DNA from: Methanobacteriota archaeon
Lineage (GTDB): Archaea; Thermoplasmatota; Thermoplasmata; SG8-5; JAGLSY01
Assembly (NCBI GenBank): GCA_020696385.1
Contig: JAEHCQ010000002.1
Coordinates: 1 to 64,000, forward strand
Direction: 5' to 3'
DNA length: 64,000 nucleotides
Positions 20,738 through 30,182 of this stretch are shown here, one piece after another. Positions within the stretch are counted from its first letter, which is position 1; each line of letters starts with the position of its first letter. A program made the position numbers and the translations under genes. Under the pieces are notes generated by a model. It was given only the letters and a program-made list of their open reading frames with translations. It did no database searches and had not been told where the DNA came from.

Positions 20738-22840
20738 ATGAGTGATGGTGGAAGTGAAGAATTGAAGTATGTCTTTATATTCATAGCAATTTCATCTATT
20801 CTAATAGCAATCCCAGCCTCATGTGAAGTTTGGATGATTGATGATATTGAGCCTCAGGATCTTGACACAGAATGGATTTCAGGTCAGAGGCCAAATATGG
20901 TTATTGATGAAAATGGTGTTATTCATATTGCCTACTTCCACGTCAATCCAAATAATATTGTCAAGTATGTGAATAACTCTGGTGGGGTCTGGAATGATCC
21001 TATCGTGATTGCCACCAATGCAGAGTTGTCTCCTTATTCACCATTCGCAATAGATTCCAAGGGCTATCCTCATATTATATATGCAAATACAGAAACTCAT
21101 CAGCTTCAATATGTAAAATGGAATGGTTCCACTTGGGTGTATGATTCAATTGTACTCCTTCAATCATATCAATATACTTTGGGTTACTCAACACTGGCAC
21201 TTGATAACGATGATAATCCACATGTGGCTTTAAGTGACCCTGTGAACAGAACAGTTCTATATGCAAATAAACTCAGTACCTCATGGAACATTACAATTAT
21301 TGAAAGTTTTAACTACTATTACACAAGAGATATAGCATTAAAAATTGATTCTGAGAATAAACCACATGTTATTTACTACTCAGTAGATAATTACGCGTTT
21401 CGATATTGTGTATTAAATGGTAGCTGGGTAATCCAGAATATTCCAAATACAGCCTTTGCACGTTATGTGGATCTTGTTATTGATGACTCAGACACACCTT
21501 ATATTTCATATTATGATGAAACAAACAATTCCTTGATTTCGAGTAAATTGGAATCCAATGAATGGAAGCCAGAAGTGGTCGATGAGGGGGGTAGGTACTG
21601 TTCATTGTACGTTGATGGGCAGGAGATTGTATACATAGCCCATTTTAACGAAGATACTGATGAAATTAAATTAGCAGTGGGTGGAGGAGGAGTGTGGAAT
21701 GTAAGCAAGATACAGGATGATGCAGACTTAGGACAATCCACAGCTATCTCATTATTAAATGGGGAACCACGAATCTGTTATCACAACTTCAACCGAAGAG
21801 ACATGGGAGGTGGATTGCGAATAGCAAGGCCAGTTGAGTATACTCCCGAGTTCCTTGATGTGAATATTACAGACCCCAACACAAACAATGTTTGGAATTA
21901 CCATAGTGGGTATAATATTAGCGTTAGAGGTAAAATTACTTACACGAATAATCAAACATGGGCCAAAGGTGTTGATGTTACTGTTATCTTCAATGGAACC
22001 ACATTCTTTAATCTAACCACAAACGATTATGGTGGATTTGAGGCGATTATTACTCTACCATATATTACTGGGAATTACTATGTGGTTGCTTATGTTCATA
22101 ATGCCTCGATATCTGATAACACCACAATAGAAACATACGCCTGGGTGACCCCTGAATCAGGGAGGGTAATTCCAGATTTGCATATTTATTTGTTAATGTT
22201 CATTCTCATAATATCAGGTGTTTCTTGTCTTATTTATCTGGTCAATCCAGTTGACACATCAAATAAACCACTGGACACAGAAAAAGATGGTAGCTCTGAT
22301 GATGATGAAAGCTATTCAGAACCTCCTGTGGACACGGATGATGAGGACGGCCTTGACCATTGGAAGTCACAAACGGATTCTCATTTTAAAAATGAAGTAC
22401 ACCAAGATTTCTTGGTAAAATGGCATTTAGTCATCTTGCTTCTGGCAGCTACATTTCTTGTAGTATCTTTCTGTATATTTTTAGTTTACAAGAATTATGA
22501 GACAGATGATTTTGGAAATAGGTTCATAGAGCTGAGAGATTGGGGGAAGGTGTTTTTTGTAAGTCCAGTGGCTCTAACCTTTGGTTTCTTAATTGGAAAA
22601 TATATGAAAAGGTGGATCTTGTCAATAATCACAACAGCTGTAATCAATTTCTCTGCAGGTGTGTTTGGCACACTGTTGCCTATCTATGTTTACGGTGCCA
22701 GTTATGGTGGACATTATGTCTCTATGATGGGAAATGTGACAGACCCAATTTATTTCTATTTATTAGCTAACTTAGCTGTCATATTGCTATTCTCTATTAT
22801 GGGTGTACTTGTAGGTTCATCGGATTATAAGCGGTCTTAA
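20738..22840 (+). CDS. Secreted beta-propeller-like repeat protein with Ig-like domain and C-terminal multi-TM region (AT-rich gene)
   Basis: Signal peptide (possible TTG start 20762); repeats 'D.n..PH(I/V).Y.....L.Y'; TM helices in the last ~220 aa; visibly more AT-rich than flanks. Confidence 0.7.
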   Translation: MSDGGSEELKYVFIFIAISSILIAIPASCEVWMIDDIEPQDLDTEWISGQRPNMVIDENGVIHIAYFHVNPNNIVKYVNNSGGVWNDPIVIATNAELSPYSPFAIDSKGYPHIIYANTETHQLQYVKWNGSTWVYDSIVLLQSYQYTLGYSTLALDNDDNPHVALSDPVNRTVLYANKLSTSWNITIIESFNYYYTRDIALKIDSENKPHVIYYSVDNYAFRYCVLNGSWVIQNIPNTAFARYVDLVIDDSDTPYISYYDETNNSLISSKLESNEWKPEVVDEGGRYCSLYVDGQEIVYIAHFNEDTDEIKLAVGGGGVWNVSKIQDDADLGQSTAISLLNGEPRICYHNFNRRDMGGGLRIARPVEYTPEFLDVNITDPNTNNVWNYHSGYNISVRGKITYTNNQTWAKGVDVTVIFNGTTFFNLTTNDYGGFEAIITLPYITGNYYVVAYVHNASISDNTTIETYAWVTPESGRVIPDLHIYLLMFILIISGVSCLIYLVNPVDTSNKPLDTEKDGSSDDDESYSEPPVDTDDEDGLDHWKSQTDSHFKNEVHQDFLVKWHLVILLLAATFLVVSFCIFLVYKNYETDDFGNRFIELRDWGKVFFVSPVALTFGFLIGKYMKRWILSIITTAVINFSAGVFGTLLPIYVYGASYGGHYVSMMGNVTDPIYFYLLANLAVILLFSIMGVLVGSSDYKRS

Positions 22841-22918
22841 GGAATATACAAAGCCTCGGAGCCAAATTCCAGTAATCCAATACCCTCTGATTGAGGTTTT
22901 AGCCAGATAAAGAAAAAA

Positions 22919-22968
22919 TGGACAAGGCGGGATAAGCGGAATTCGCCAGAATTTCGCGTTCGAGCCTT
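22919..22968 (-). repeat. tRNA-Ala 3'-end duplication with hairpin and inverted T-loop motif
   Basis: TGGACAAGGCGGGAT (22919-22933) vs TGGACAAGGCGAGAT (23001-23015); gcggaattc-gcca-gaatttcgc hairpin; gttcga at 22958. Confidence 0.75.
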
Positions 22969-23000
22969 ATCAAACATTTCTTTTACTTTAAAAAAAGAAA

Positions 23001-23074
23001 TGGACAAGGCGAGATTTGAACTCGCGCCCTCTTCCATGCCAAGGAAGCGATCTTCCGAGCTGATCTACTTGCCC
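23001..23074 (-). tRNA. tRNA-Ala(GGC)
   Basis: GGGCAAG/CTTGTCC acceptor with G3:U70; anticodon arm CTTCC-TTGGCAT-GGAAG; T arm GCGAG-TTCAAAT-CTCGC; CCA not encoded. Confidence 0.97.
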
Positions 23075-23202
23075 ATTTTGTACATAACCACGTTATGTCT
23101 CGGTATGAGGGCGAAACAATGATGGGATAAAAGGATTTTGGATAACTACACAATAATCGATTACCACAAACTAATTTATTCATCCTTACTATTACACGCT
23201 CG

Positions 23203-25320
23203 ATGGACACCGTGACTCAGATGGAAAAGCTATTCGCGCCAACTTCAGTAGCTATTATCGGCGCATCGGGCAGAGAAGGAAGCATAGGCTACAGCCTTGT
23301 GGCGAACCTTTTGAGCGGCGGGTTCAAGGGGGAAGTTTTCCCCATAAATCCAAGATATGATTCTGTTTATGACAAGAAATGTTACGATTCCATAAAGGAT
23401 CTGCCAATTGTGCCGGATCTCACACTGCTGGCGGTTCCGGCGGATGTTTCCAATGACACGATCAAGGAGGCTTGCGAGCACGGTTGCCGGATGTTCATAA
23501 ACATCGCATCCGGATTTGCCGAAGTTGGAAGGCGTGATCTGGAATGGGACATGAAGGAACTTCTGGAGGAGTATGGAGCCCGAATGCTGGGCCCCAATGT
23601 TTTCGGAGTTTATTCCGCCAAGGCCAGCATGAACGCGACTTTTGGACCTTCGGTCGTCAAGCCAGGCAATGTCGGGCTGATCTCACAGAGTGGGGCACTT
23701 GGTGTGGCTCTGATGGGAAAGACCGTGACCGAGGGAATTGGATTGTCCGCGGTAGTGAGCCTTGGTAATAAAGCGGATATTTCCGAGTGCGAGGCGCTCG
23801 AATACCTTGGCAATGACGATATCACGGATGTCATATTCCTTTATCTGGAAGGCTCGAAGGACGGGCGCAGGTTCATGGACATCGCGAAGAAAGTGTCCAT
23901 GAAGAAGCCGATAATCGCTATAAAATCAGGTAGTTCCGCTCGCGGAGCTCTAGCAGCGGCCTCCCACACAGGATCCCTCGCGGGCTCGGATAAGATATTC
24001 AGCGCCGCACTTAAGCAGGCGGGTGTCCTGCGAGCTTTGAACCTGGAGGATGGCTTCGGATGGCTGAGGGCGATGGCCGAGGTCCCTATACCGGATATGG
24101 AAGGGGTGGTGATAGTCACCAATGGTGGTGGCATTGGTGTTATTTCCTCGGATTCGGCAGAGAGGTATGGAGTGAGATTACTCGATGACACGGAGATGCT
24201 GGAAGAGATCTTCCGGCCCACCATGCCGTCCTATGGAAGCACCAAGAATCCAATTGATATAACTGGCCAGGGCAAGAATAAGGAATATGAGATGGCACTG
24301 GACATCGCGCTTGAGGACGACAGGATACCTGCCATTGTCGGATTGTATTGTCAAACTGCGACGGGTGATCCGACAGAGATCGCGGATGCGGCCATATCCA
24401 GTATCAAGAAGGCTGAGAAGATGAAGCCAATTGTTTTCTCCATGGTCGGCGGTAAGGGAATTGCGGAATCCATCGCGAAATTGAACATGGCCGGAATACC
24501 CAGTTACGCATCTCCGGATGGGGCCATGTCCGCCATGGGAGCCCTTTACAAGAGATTCAGGCGGCTGAAAGTGGAGGATGAGGAGCCTGAAGAATTCGAT
24601 ATGGACCTTGATATGATCCGGGGCATCATAAAAAAGACCTGGGATACTGGAATGTCCAGCCTGACGGAGGATGATTGTAATCTTATATTGAAGGAGGCTG
24701 GCCTGTCTTTCCCCAAGTCCAATATCGCGAAGGACCTGGAGGAAGCGAAGAAGGTGGCCAATGAGATCGGTTATCCCGTGGTGATGAAGATCCTTTCACC
24801 AGATATCCTGCACAAGACGGAATTCGGTGGAGTGCGTCTTGATCTTGAGGACGATGAGGAGCTGGAAGTGGCATACGAATCTATCATGGCCAGTGTTCGC
24901 AATAGGTTTCAGAATGCGCGTGTGAACGGTGTAATGATCACCGAGATGGTGAAGGATTGCACGGAAATGATACTTGGTTTCTCGCAGGATCCGTCCTTCG
25001 GGCCGGTCATAATGTTCGGAATGGGGGGCATATATGTCGAGATCCTTCAGGACGTGTCTTTTAGGGTGGCTCCGGTTTCCAAGCTCGAGATAACGGGCAT
25101 GATAAGGGAAATCAGTTCATACCCTATATTGGCAGGTGCTAGGGGCAAGAATTTGCGAGATATCGACGCACTGGCAGATGCGATTTCCAGAATATCATAT
25201 TTATCAACCCATGTTCCAGAGATAGTGGAACTGGACATCAATCCTTTAATGGCAATGGACCAGGGAAAAGGATGCCTGGTCGTTGATTCCAGGATGACGA
25301 TAAGGGGTGAAGCGAAATGA
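23203..25320 (+). CDS. ADP-forming acyl/acetyl-CoA synthetase (fused alpha-beta)
   Basis: SVAIIGAS CoA-binding, LGPN, SQSGALG, SHTGSLAG catalytic His, NPIDITG, HKTEFGGV, ELDINP. Confidence 0.93.
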   Translation: MDTVTQMEKLFAPTSVAIIGASGREGSIGYSLVANLLSGGFKGEVFPINPRYDSVYDKKCYDSIKDLPIVPDLTLLAVPADVSNDTIKEACEHGCRMFINIASGFAEVGRRDLEWDMKELLEEYGARMLGPNVFGVYSAKASMNATFGPSVVKPGNVGLISQSGALGVALMGKTVTEGIGLSAVVSLGNKADISECEALEYLGNDDITDVIFLYLEGSKDGRRFMDIAKKVSMKKPIIAIKSGSSARGALAAASHTGSLAGSDKIFSAALKQAGVLRALNLEDGFGWLRAMAEVPIPDMEGVVIVTNGGGIGVISSDSAERYGVRLLDDTEMLEEIFRPTMPSYGSTKNPIDITGQGKNKEYEMALDIALEDDRIPAIVGLYCQTATGDPTEIADAAISSIKKAEKMKPIVFSMVGGKGIAESIAKLNMAGIPSYASPDGAMSAMGALYKRFRRLKVEDEEPEEFDMDLDMIRGIIKKTWDTGMSSLTEDDCNLILKEAGLSFPKSNIAKDLEEAKKVANEIGYPVVMKILSPDILHKTEFGGVRLDLEDDEELEVAYESIMASVRNRFQNARVNGVMITEMVKDCTEMILGFSQDPSFGPVIMFGMGGIYVEILQDVSFRVAPVSKLEITGMIREISSYPILAGARGKNLRDIDALADAISRISYLSTHVPEIVELDINPLMAMDQGKGCLVVDSRMTIRGEAK

Positions 25321-26357
25321 AAAAACTTATAATCACATCAACAAGGACTCATGCAGGGAAGACGACGATAGGAGCTGGCATCGCATTGAATTCAAATATG
25401 AAATGCGGTTACTTCAAGCCCCTTGGCGATAAGCCAGTGTACACGAAGAAAACACTTCTGGACCGCGATACAGAAGTGTTCAATGAGTGGTTGGGTCTCG
25501 ATATCGACCCAAATGATTGTTGCATCGGTTTCGAGCATGAGAAGGTGAGCTCGTCCTGCAAGCTGACAGGAGCGGATGAGACATTGAAGGAGAGATTCGC
25601 AAATATATCAGAGGGAAAAGAATTGATGATAATCGAAAGTGGAAGGAACTACACTTTCGGAAGCTCCCTCTGCATGGATGCGGATTCCCTGGGAAATACA
25701 TTTGGTGGAGACATCATCCTTGTCGCACAGGGAGATGCCAGATTGGTGATCGACAAGGTCATCGCGGCCACCAAGGTATTCCGATCCACAGATTCCAAAT
25801 TGGCAGGAGTGATAGTTAATAAGCTGAAGGATGAGGATAGGCCAATGCTGGATGATGAAATCATTCCAGCACTGGAAGAGCAGGATATCGATTATCTGGG
25901 ATACGTGCCTCATGCCATGGAGTTGGAAAAGGCCAAGGCATCTCTGGTAGTGGAGAAACTGCATGCTAAACTTGTGGCTGGAGCTGGTGGCTTGGATAAG
26001 CAGATACAGAAGGTGATGGTCGGTGCTTTGAGTGCGGATGCGGCTCTCAGAATGCCAGCTTTCCAGAATGAGGGGAAGATGCTCATAACCGGCGGCGACC
26101 GGGTGGATCTCATCCTCGTTTCACTGGCAGAGGATACTGCTGGCATCATACTCACGAACAATGTTTTACCCCATCCACGCATATTGTCAAAGGCAGACCA
26201 GCTCAATGTGCCGGTCATGTCTGTTCCGATGGACACTTACACAACGGCCAAGATGGTGGAGCACATAGTCGCGGAGCTGATGCCCACTGATGAGGATAAG
26301 AAAGACCTCATCAAAGGCCTAGTTAAGGACAATATCATGCTTGATAAAATTCTGTAG
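25317..26357 (+). CDS. BioD-like P-loop + DRTGG domain protein (phosphotransacetylase N-terminal-like)
   Basis: AGKT, YFKPLG, ITGGDR motif; overlaps the synthetase stop (ATGA). Confidence 0.88.
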   Translation: MKKLIITSTRTHAGKTTIGAGIALNSNMKCGYFKPLGDKPVYTKKTLLDRDTEVFNEWLGLDIDPNDCCIGFEHEKVSSSCKLTGADETLKERFANISEGKELMIIESGRNYTFGSSLCMDADSLGNTFGGDIILVAQGDARLVIDKVIAATKVFRSTDSKLAGVIVNKLKDEDRPMLDDEIIPALEEQDIDYLGYVPHAMELEKAKASLVVEKLHAKLVAGAGGLDKQIQKVMVGALSADAALRMPAFQNEGKMLITGGDRVDLILVSLAEDTAGIILTNNVLPHPRILSKADQLNVPVMSVPMDTYTTAKMVEHIVAELMPTDEDKKDLIKGLVKDNIMLDKIL

Positions 26358-26380
26358 GATCCATCCTGGGATATGAGCCT

Positions 26381-27022
26381 ATGAACTATGATAAAGATCA
26401 AGTCGCTGAGCTATTTGACAATAAGCTGGAACATATCGAAAGCAGGCCGGATGATGCGATGTTCAAGCAGGTGGGTTCAAAGGCATTGGAAGCACTTGAG
26501 TTAGATAAGAATGATATACTTCTGGATGCTGGCACTGGTGCTGGCAACAATGCGATGAAGGCCGCATTGTCGTGTTCCCGGGTCATCGGCATAGACATAA
26601 GCCGCAAGAGCCTGGACAGGGCGGGGATCAAAGCCTCTGAAAAGGGCTTTGAAAACCTGGAATTTTTATATGGCTCCATCGAAGAACCAAATGAAGGCAC
26701 GGATCTCACTTCCTACGGCATCAACAAGATACTGGTCAATTACGCATTGCACCACTTACCAGATGAATTGAAGAAGCAGGGATTGGCAAATCTGGCAGGG
26801 ATAATGAAAAGACCTGGCAGGATGGTGATCGGGGACATCATGTTCTTTGAGGATCCAGAGGCTCATTTGGAAAAGTTTGAAGAGGCAGGGTACGATGGTG
26901 GCGAGTACGATCACCCTTCGACAATGGGATTTCTGAAAAACACGCTTGAAGATCTGGGAGCAAGCGTCAGGGTGGAAAGACTTCACCCACTGGCTGGTGT
27001 GATGATCGCGGATTTTCTATAG
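26381..27022 (+). CDS. Class I SAM-dependent methyltransferase
   Basis: LLDAGTGAG, GIDIS, YALHHL, PGRMVIGD. Confidence 0.88.
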   Translation: MNYDKDQVAELFDNKLEHIESRPDDAMFKQVGSKALEALELDKNDILLDAGTGAGNNAMKAALSCSRVIGIDISRKSLDRAGIKASEKGFENLEFLYGSIEEPNEGTDLTSYGINKILVNYALHHLPDELKKQGLANLAGIMKRPGRMVIGDIMFFEDPEAHLEKFEEAGYDGGEYDHPSTMGFLKNTLEDLGASVRVERLHPLAGVMIADFL

Positions 27023-27132
27023 ATATATCAATATTATATCATTAAATATTACCTATTATAGTAATATAAAAACAATTAGTTTGATTAACTAACCAATATA
27101 TGAACATTGATGTCAAGTTAAATTATCCAATA

Positions 27133-28977
27133 TCATTTCACAACTGGATTCGTTCTCAGCCAGTCTATGTCCGATACATACAATTTTCTGATATCCTTCA
27201 GATTAAGAAGTGCCATGACCAGCCTTTCAAGACCAAGTCCCCAGGCAAGTACCGGGTGCTCGACACCGAAGGGCGCTACAACTTCGGGGCGGAATATACC
27301 AGCCCCTCCAAGCTCCATCCAGTTACCATGATGTCTAATCTCGGGCTCGATGCTTGGCTCGGTGTAAGGGAAGTATCCCGGACGCAGGCGGATATCATCA
27401 ACACCCATCCTGTGATAGAATTCTTTGATCAGGCCTGCCAACATATCCATATTAGCTCCCTCTTCCATCACGATACCTTCTATTTGAATGAATTCTGGAA
27501 GATGTGTAGCGTCCACCGCCTCCTTCCTGAACACGCGCCCTATGCTGAATACCTTGGCGGGCGGATTTGGATTGTCCCTGAGATAGCTTATCGTATTCAC
27601 GGTGGTGTGGGTTCGGAGCAATGCTTTCTGTGCCTCGCTAGCCTTCCAATCATATCCCCAGCCATCGGAAAGCTCATCGCCTTTCTCGTGCATGGTCTTT
27701 ATCTTCTCCACCATAGCCGGGTCCGGTAATGGCATCGATGATGGTGACTTGAGGTAAAGAGTGTCATGAAGCTCCCTTGCGGGGTGATCCTGAGCAGTAA
27801 ATAAGGCATCCATGTTCCAGAAGGCTGAATGGACGTAATCGCTCTCAATCTCCGTAAAGCCCATGTCTAGGAATATTCTACGGATCATGTCAATGTACTG
27901 CTGAAGGGGATGTCTACGGCCTCCGTGGATGTTTGGGGCAAAGGCATCCACGTCATAGGGCCTTATGCTTCCTGTCTTCCAGCTGCCGTCCTTTATCATG
28001 TCCTGAGTGAGCTGGGAAATATCATCTCCCAGATCCAGACCTGCACCCACAATTTCTTTGCCCTTGGGTGTTAATTTCATCTGGCGTGTGACCAATTCCC
28101 TCTCCACGAGGATATCCTGTCTTTTCTTCAGTTGACCTATGACATCCATGTCCAGCTGGCTGGCTGGCATCTCTATCCCTGCCAGTTCTTCTATCAATAG
28201 CTCATCCTTGCCTTTTTTGGTTATGTGGTCCCTGCCTATCTCGGTGAGCTCCAGGATAGTGTCATCACCGCTCTTCTGAATATTTATCCAGGCCTTTCTC
28301 TTCAGCCAGCCCATGGAGATCGAGACCTCTTCATTTCTCAATTTCTTCGAGGCTCTGAGTTCATCCACCGTGATGGAGCCGTGGTTCTTGTCTATGAGCT
28401 TCAGTGCCCTTCTCTCTGGAAGGTCAACACCTGCCAGTCTCTTTGATGAGAGGGAGTAGAAACATTCGATCTTCTCATCCATGGTGATCAATGATTTTGA
28501 TTTCAGCCATGAGGACGAGTTCATCACATCCACCATGGTCATCATGCTCGAGCGCAGAACGGAGCTTTCTTCGGACTTCAGAGTCTTGGTGACTGCTGGC
28601 TTGATCTCACCAAGTACCCTGCCGATGACCTTTCTCTGCAGTGGGACATCGAGATCTACCAGAATATGAGATAAATGCTTGATGAGGATGACCAGCATCT
28701 CCGCATCCTTTTGTTTATCATTATCTGGCTTTATAGAGGCCAGATCCATCATCAATTCAGATATTTTACTATCACCCAATGATCTGTCATAATCCTCAAG
28801 GATCGAATTCAATTGATCTTTCAATATGGCAGTTAGCTGATTGAGGCTGTCTGGTAGAGCCTGCTCTATTATGGCCTCTGGCGTGGCTTCTCCTCCCAAT
28901 TGAGAAATGGCTACCAGCACTCGCTTTTCACTTTGGCTCAGCTCGTATTTCAGCCCTGAGCTTTCATCTCCGGTCAT
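27133..28977 (-). CDS. pheS: Phenylalanine--tRNA ligase alpha subunit (with ~100-aa N-terminal insertion)
   Basis: FWNMDALF..QDHPARE..DT, LRTHTT, VFRKE..DATHLPEF.QIEG, FPYTEPS, WGLGLERL. Confidence 0.96.
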   Translation of the reverse strand: MTGDESSGLKYELSQSEKRVLVAISQLGGEATPEAIIEQALPDSLNQLTAILKDQLNSILEDYDRSLGDSKISELMMDLASIKPDNDKQKDAEMLVILIKHLSHILVDLDVPLQRKVIGRVLGEIKPAVTKTLKSEESSVLRSSMMTMVDVMNSSSWLKSKSLITMDEKIECFYSLSSKRLAGVDLPERRALKLIDKNHGSITVDELRASKKLRNEEVSISMGWLKRKAWINIQKSGDDTILELTEIGRDHITKKGKDELLIEELAGIEMPASQLDMDVIGQLKKRQDILVERELVTRQMKLTPKGKEIVGAGLDLGDDISQLTQDMIKDGSWKTGSIRPYDVDAFAPNIHGGRRHPLQQYIDMIRRIFLDMGFTEIESDYVHSAFWNMDALFTAQDHPARELHDTLYLKSPSSMPLPDPAMVEKIKTMHEKGDELSDGWGYDWKASEAQKALLRTHTTVNTISYLRDNPNPPAKVFSIGRVFRKEAVDATHLPEFIQIEGIVMEEGANMDMLAGLIKEFYHRMGVDDIRLRPGYFPYTEPSIEPEIRHHGNWMELGGAGIFRPEVVAPFGVEHPVLAWGLGLERLVMALLNLKDIRKLYVSDIDWLRTNPVVK

Positions 28978-29251
28978 CCTATGGTGATTGCAGTCACCAA
29001 TAAAACCCTTTTGAGGGGCATCGGCTTATATCGCATTTCCAATTTGTGGATTTTTAGATGAAATAAACATAAAATAAAAAATGAATTTCAAAATTAAAGT
29101 ATAGTTGTGTAAAACGTCACAAAATAATAAAAGATTTTGAAAAAATATGAAAAATACACGATTTTATGTAGGAATCGTAAAAATCACATGAATAAGATCG
29201 AGAGAATTATTAATGGATATTAACAATGCTTAAATACCCGTAGTGACAAGC

Positions 29252-29259
29252 TTTATATA
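29252..29259 (+). promoter_or_regulatory. Archaeal TATA box upstream of the microprotein operon
   Basis: TTTATATA about 60 nt upstream of ATG 29320; second candidate CTTAAATA at 29229. Confidence 0.5.
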
Positions 29260-29319
29260 CCCTCGATAGAATATCAGTATTGTATACGAAATGTATGCAA
29301 AACGTATGAGGTGAACAAT

Positions 29320-29460
29320 ATGCTCTACAGAGAAAGACCACAGATGGAGAAGATGAGAAATACCACTGTAGAGACTTCCAGCACCGATGAAGAATGCTAC
29401 AATGAGGACTTCGTTGTGTGTCTAAAAAATGCTTTGAAGATAATGGAAGCAAAACAGTAA
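29320..29460 (+). CDS. Small protein, 46 aa (MLYRERPQ...LKNALKIMEAKQ), unknown function
   Basis: GAGGTGA RBS just before ATG; first of three closely packed small ORFs. Confidence 0.6.
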   Translation: MLYRERPQMEKMRNTTVETSSTDEECYNEDFVVCLKNALKIMEAKQ

Positions 29461-29475
29461 GAAAGGTGGTAGAAA

Positions 29476-29652
29476 ATGGCAGCCATAAAAATAAACAAAA
29501 AGGACAAAAGCGAGACGATGATGTTCCAGACCAGTCTGGGTATTGTCAATGAGATCTACGCTGGCAACAATAAATGGCTGAAGTCCAAAATGGATGGCAC
29601 AAGTGCCATGCGTTGGACACCGATAAGCTCGGACATGGAGGATTCGCTATGA
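29476..29652 (+). CDS. Small protein, 58 aa (MAAIKINKKDK...SSDMEDSL), unknown function
   Basis: AGGTGG RBS; 15 nt after previous stop; stop overlaps the next ATG (ATGA). Confidence 0.6.
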   Translation: MAAIKINKKDKSETMMFQTSLGIVNEIYAGNNKWLKSKMDGTSAMRWTPISSDMEDSL

Positions 29653-29783
29653 TGTACGGTGAGGGAGATATCATGGAAGAAGAATTCTGTCAATGCATCA
29701 ACTGCCGACTGGCCAGAATGGAGAAACAGATCTCCGTAATCCAGGATGATTTCCAAAAGATCCTGGGCACCTCGAAGAATTGA
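29649..29783 (+). CDS. Small Cys-motif protein, 44 aa (36 aa if started at ATG 29673), CQCINC followed by an amphipathic helix
   Basis: GGAGG RBS before ATG 29649 and GGTGAGG before ATG 29673; followed by terminator. Confidence 0.6.
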   Translation: MMYGEGDIMEEEFCQCINCRLARMEKQISVIQDDFQKILGTSKN

Positions 29784-29811
29784 TCACAAATCACGATTAC
29801 TCTTCCCCCAC

Positions 29812-29846
29812 GAGGTTGGGTACAGCCCAACCTCACCCTTTTTTTT
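29812..29846 (+). terminator. Hairpin + oligo-T terminator
   Basis: gaggttggg-tacag-cccaacctc then T8 tract. Confidence 0.75.
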
Positions 29847-30182
29847 GTATTAACTATCAGGCTCTAATTTATTGAATTATATTTGTAATGAGCCTGAAAG
29901 TTAATATCCAAGGCCATAGTTCCAATAGCGCAGCGGTATTATCGCTGCGATCAGTTACTGAGAAAACGATAGAACTACGGCAACCGACTACTATTCAAAT
30001 GATTCCGCATATTCATTACAGACAATATGTGGACCCTGAAGTATCGAAACAAATACTCTGAAGATACAATGATTATAGGCGATTGGAAGTCCCAAGCTCG
30101 CGTAGGGATATTCAATAAAAACCAAGTTAGCTATTGCTCTATACTACAAAATATCTCTTTCTTCCCATACACACTGATCAGC

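Noticed and set aside
20609-23074. Integrated genomic island or provirus at tRNA-Ala
   Set aside because: No integrase, and no tRNA 3'-end copy on the far side of the AT-rich gene; the only duplication is 82 bp away
23203-26357. Acyl-CoA synthetase + DRTGG pair as a novel system
   Set aside because: This pairing is a known, widespread archaeal gene neighbourhood
27100-27729. Long antisense ORFs (e.g. 27100-27729, 12535-13149, 16681-17349, 32171-32803, 60212-60883)
   Set aside because: Shadows of well-supported genes on the opposite strand with no motifs of their own
28549-28860. Intein in PheS
   Set aside because: No Cys/Ser start, no terminal His-Asn followed by Cys/Ser/Thr, no LAGLIDADG motifs
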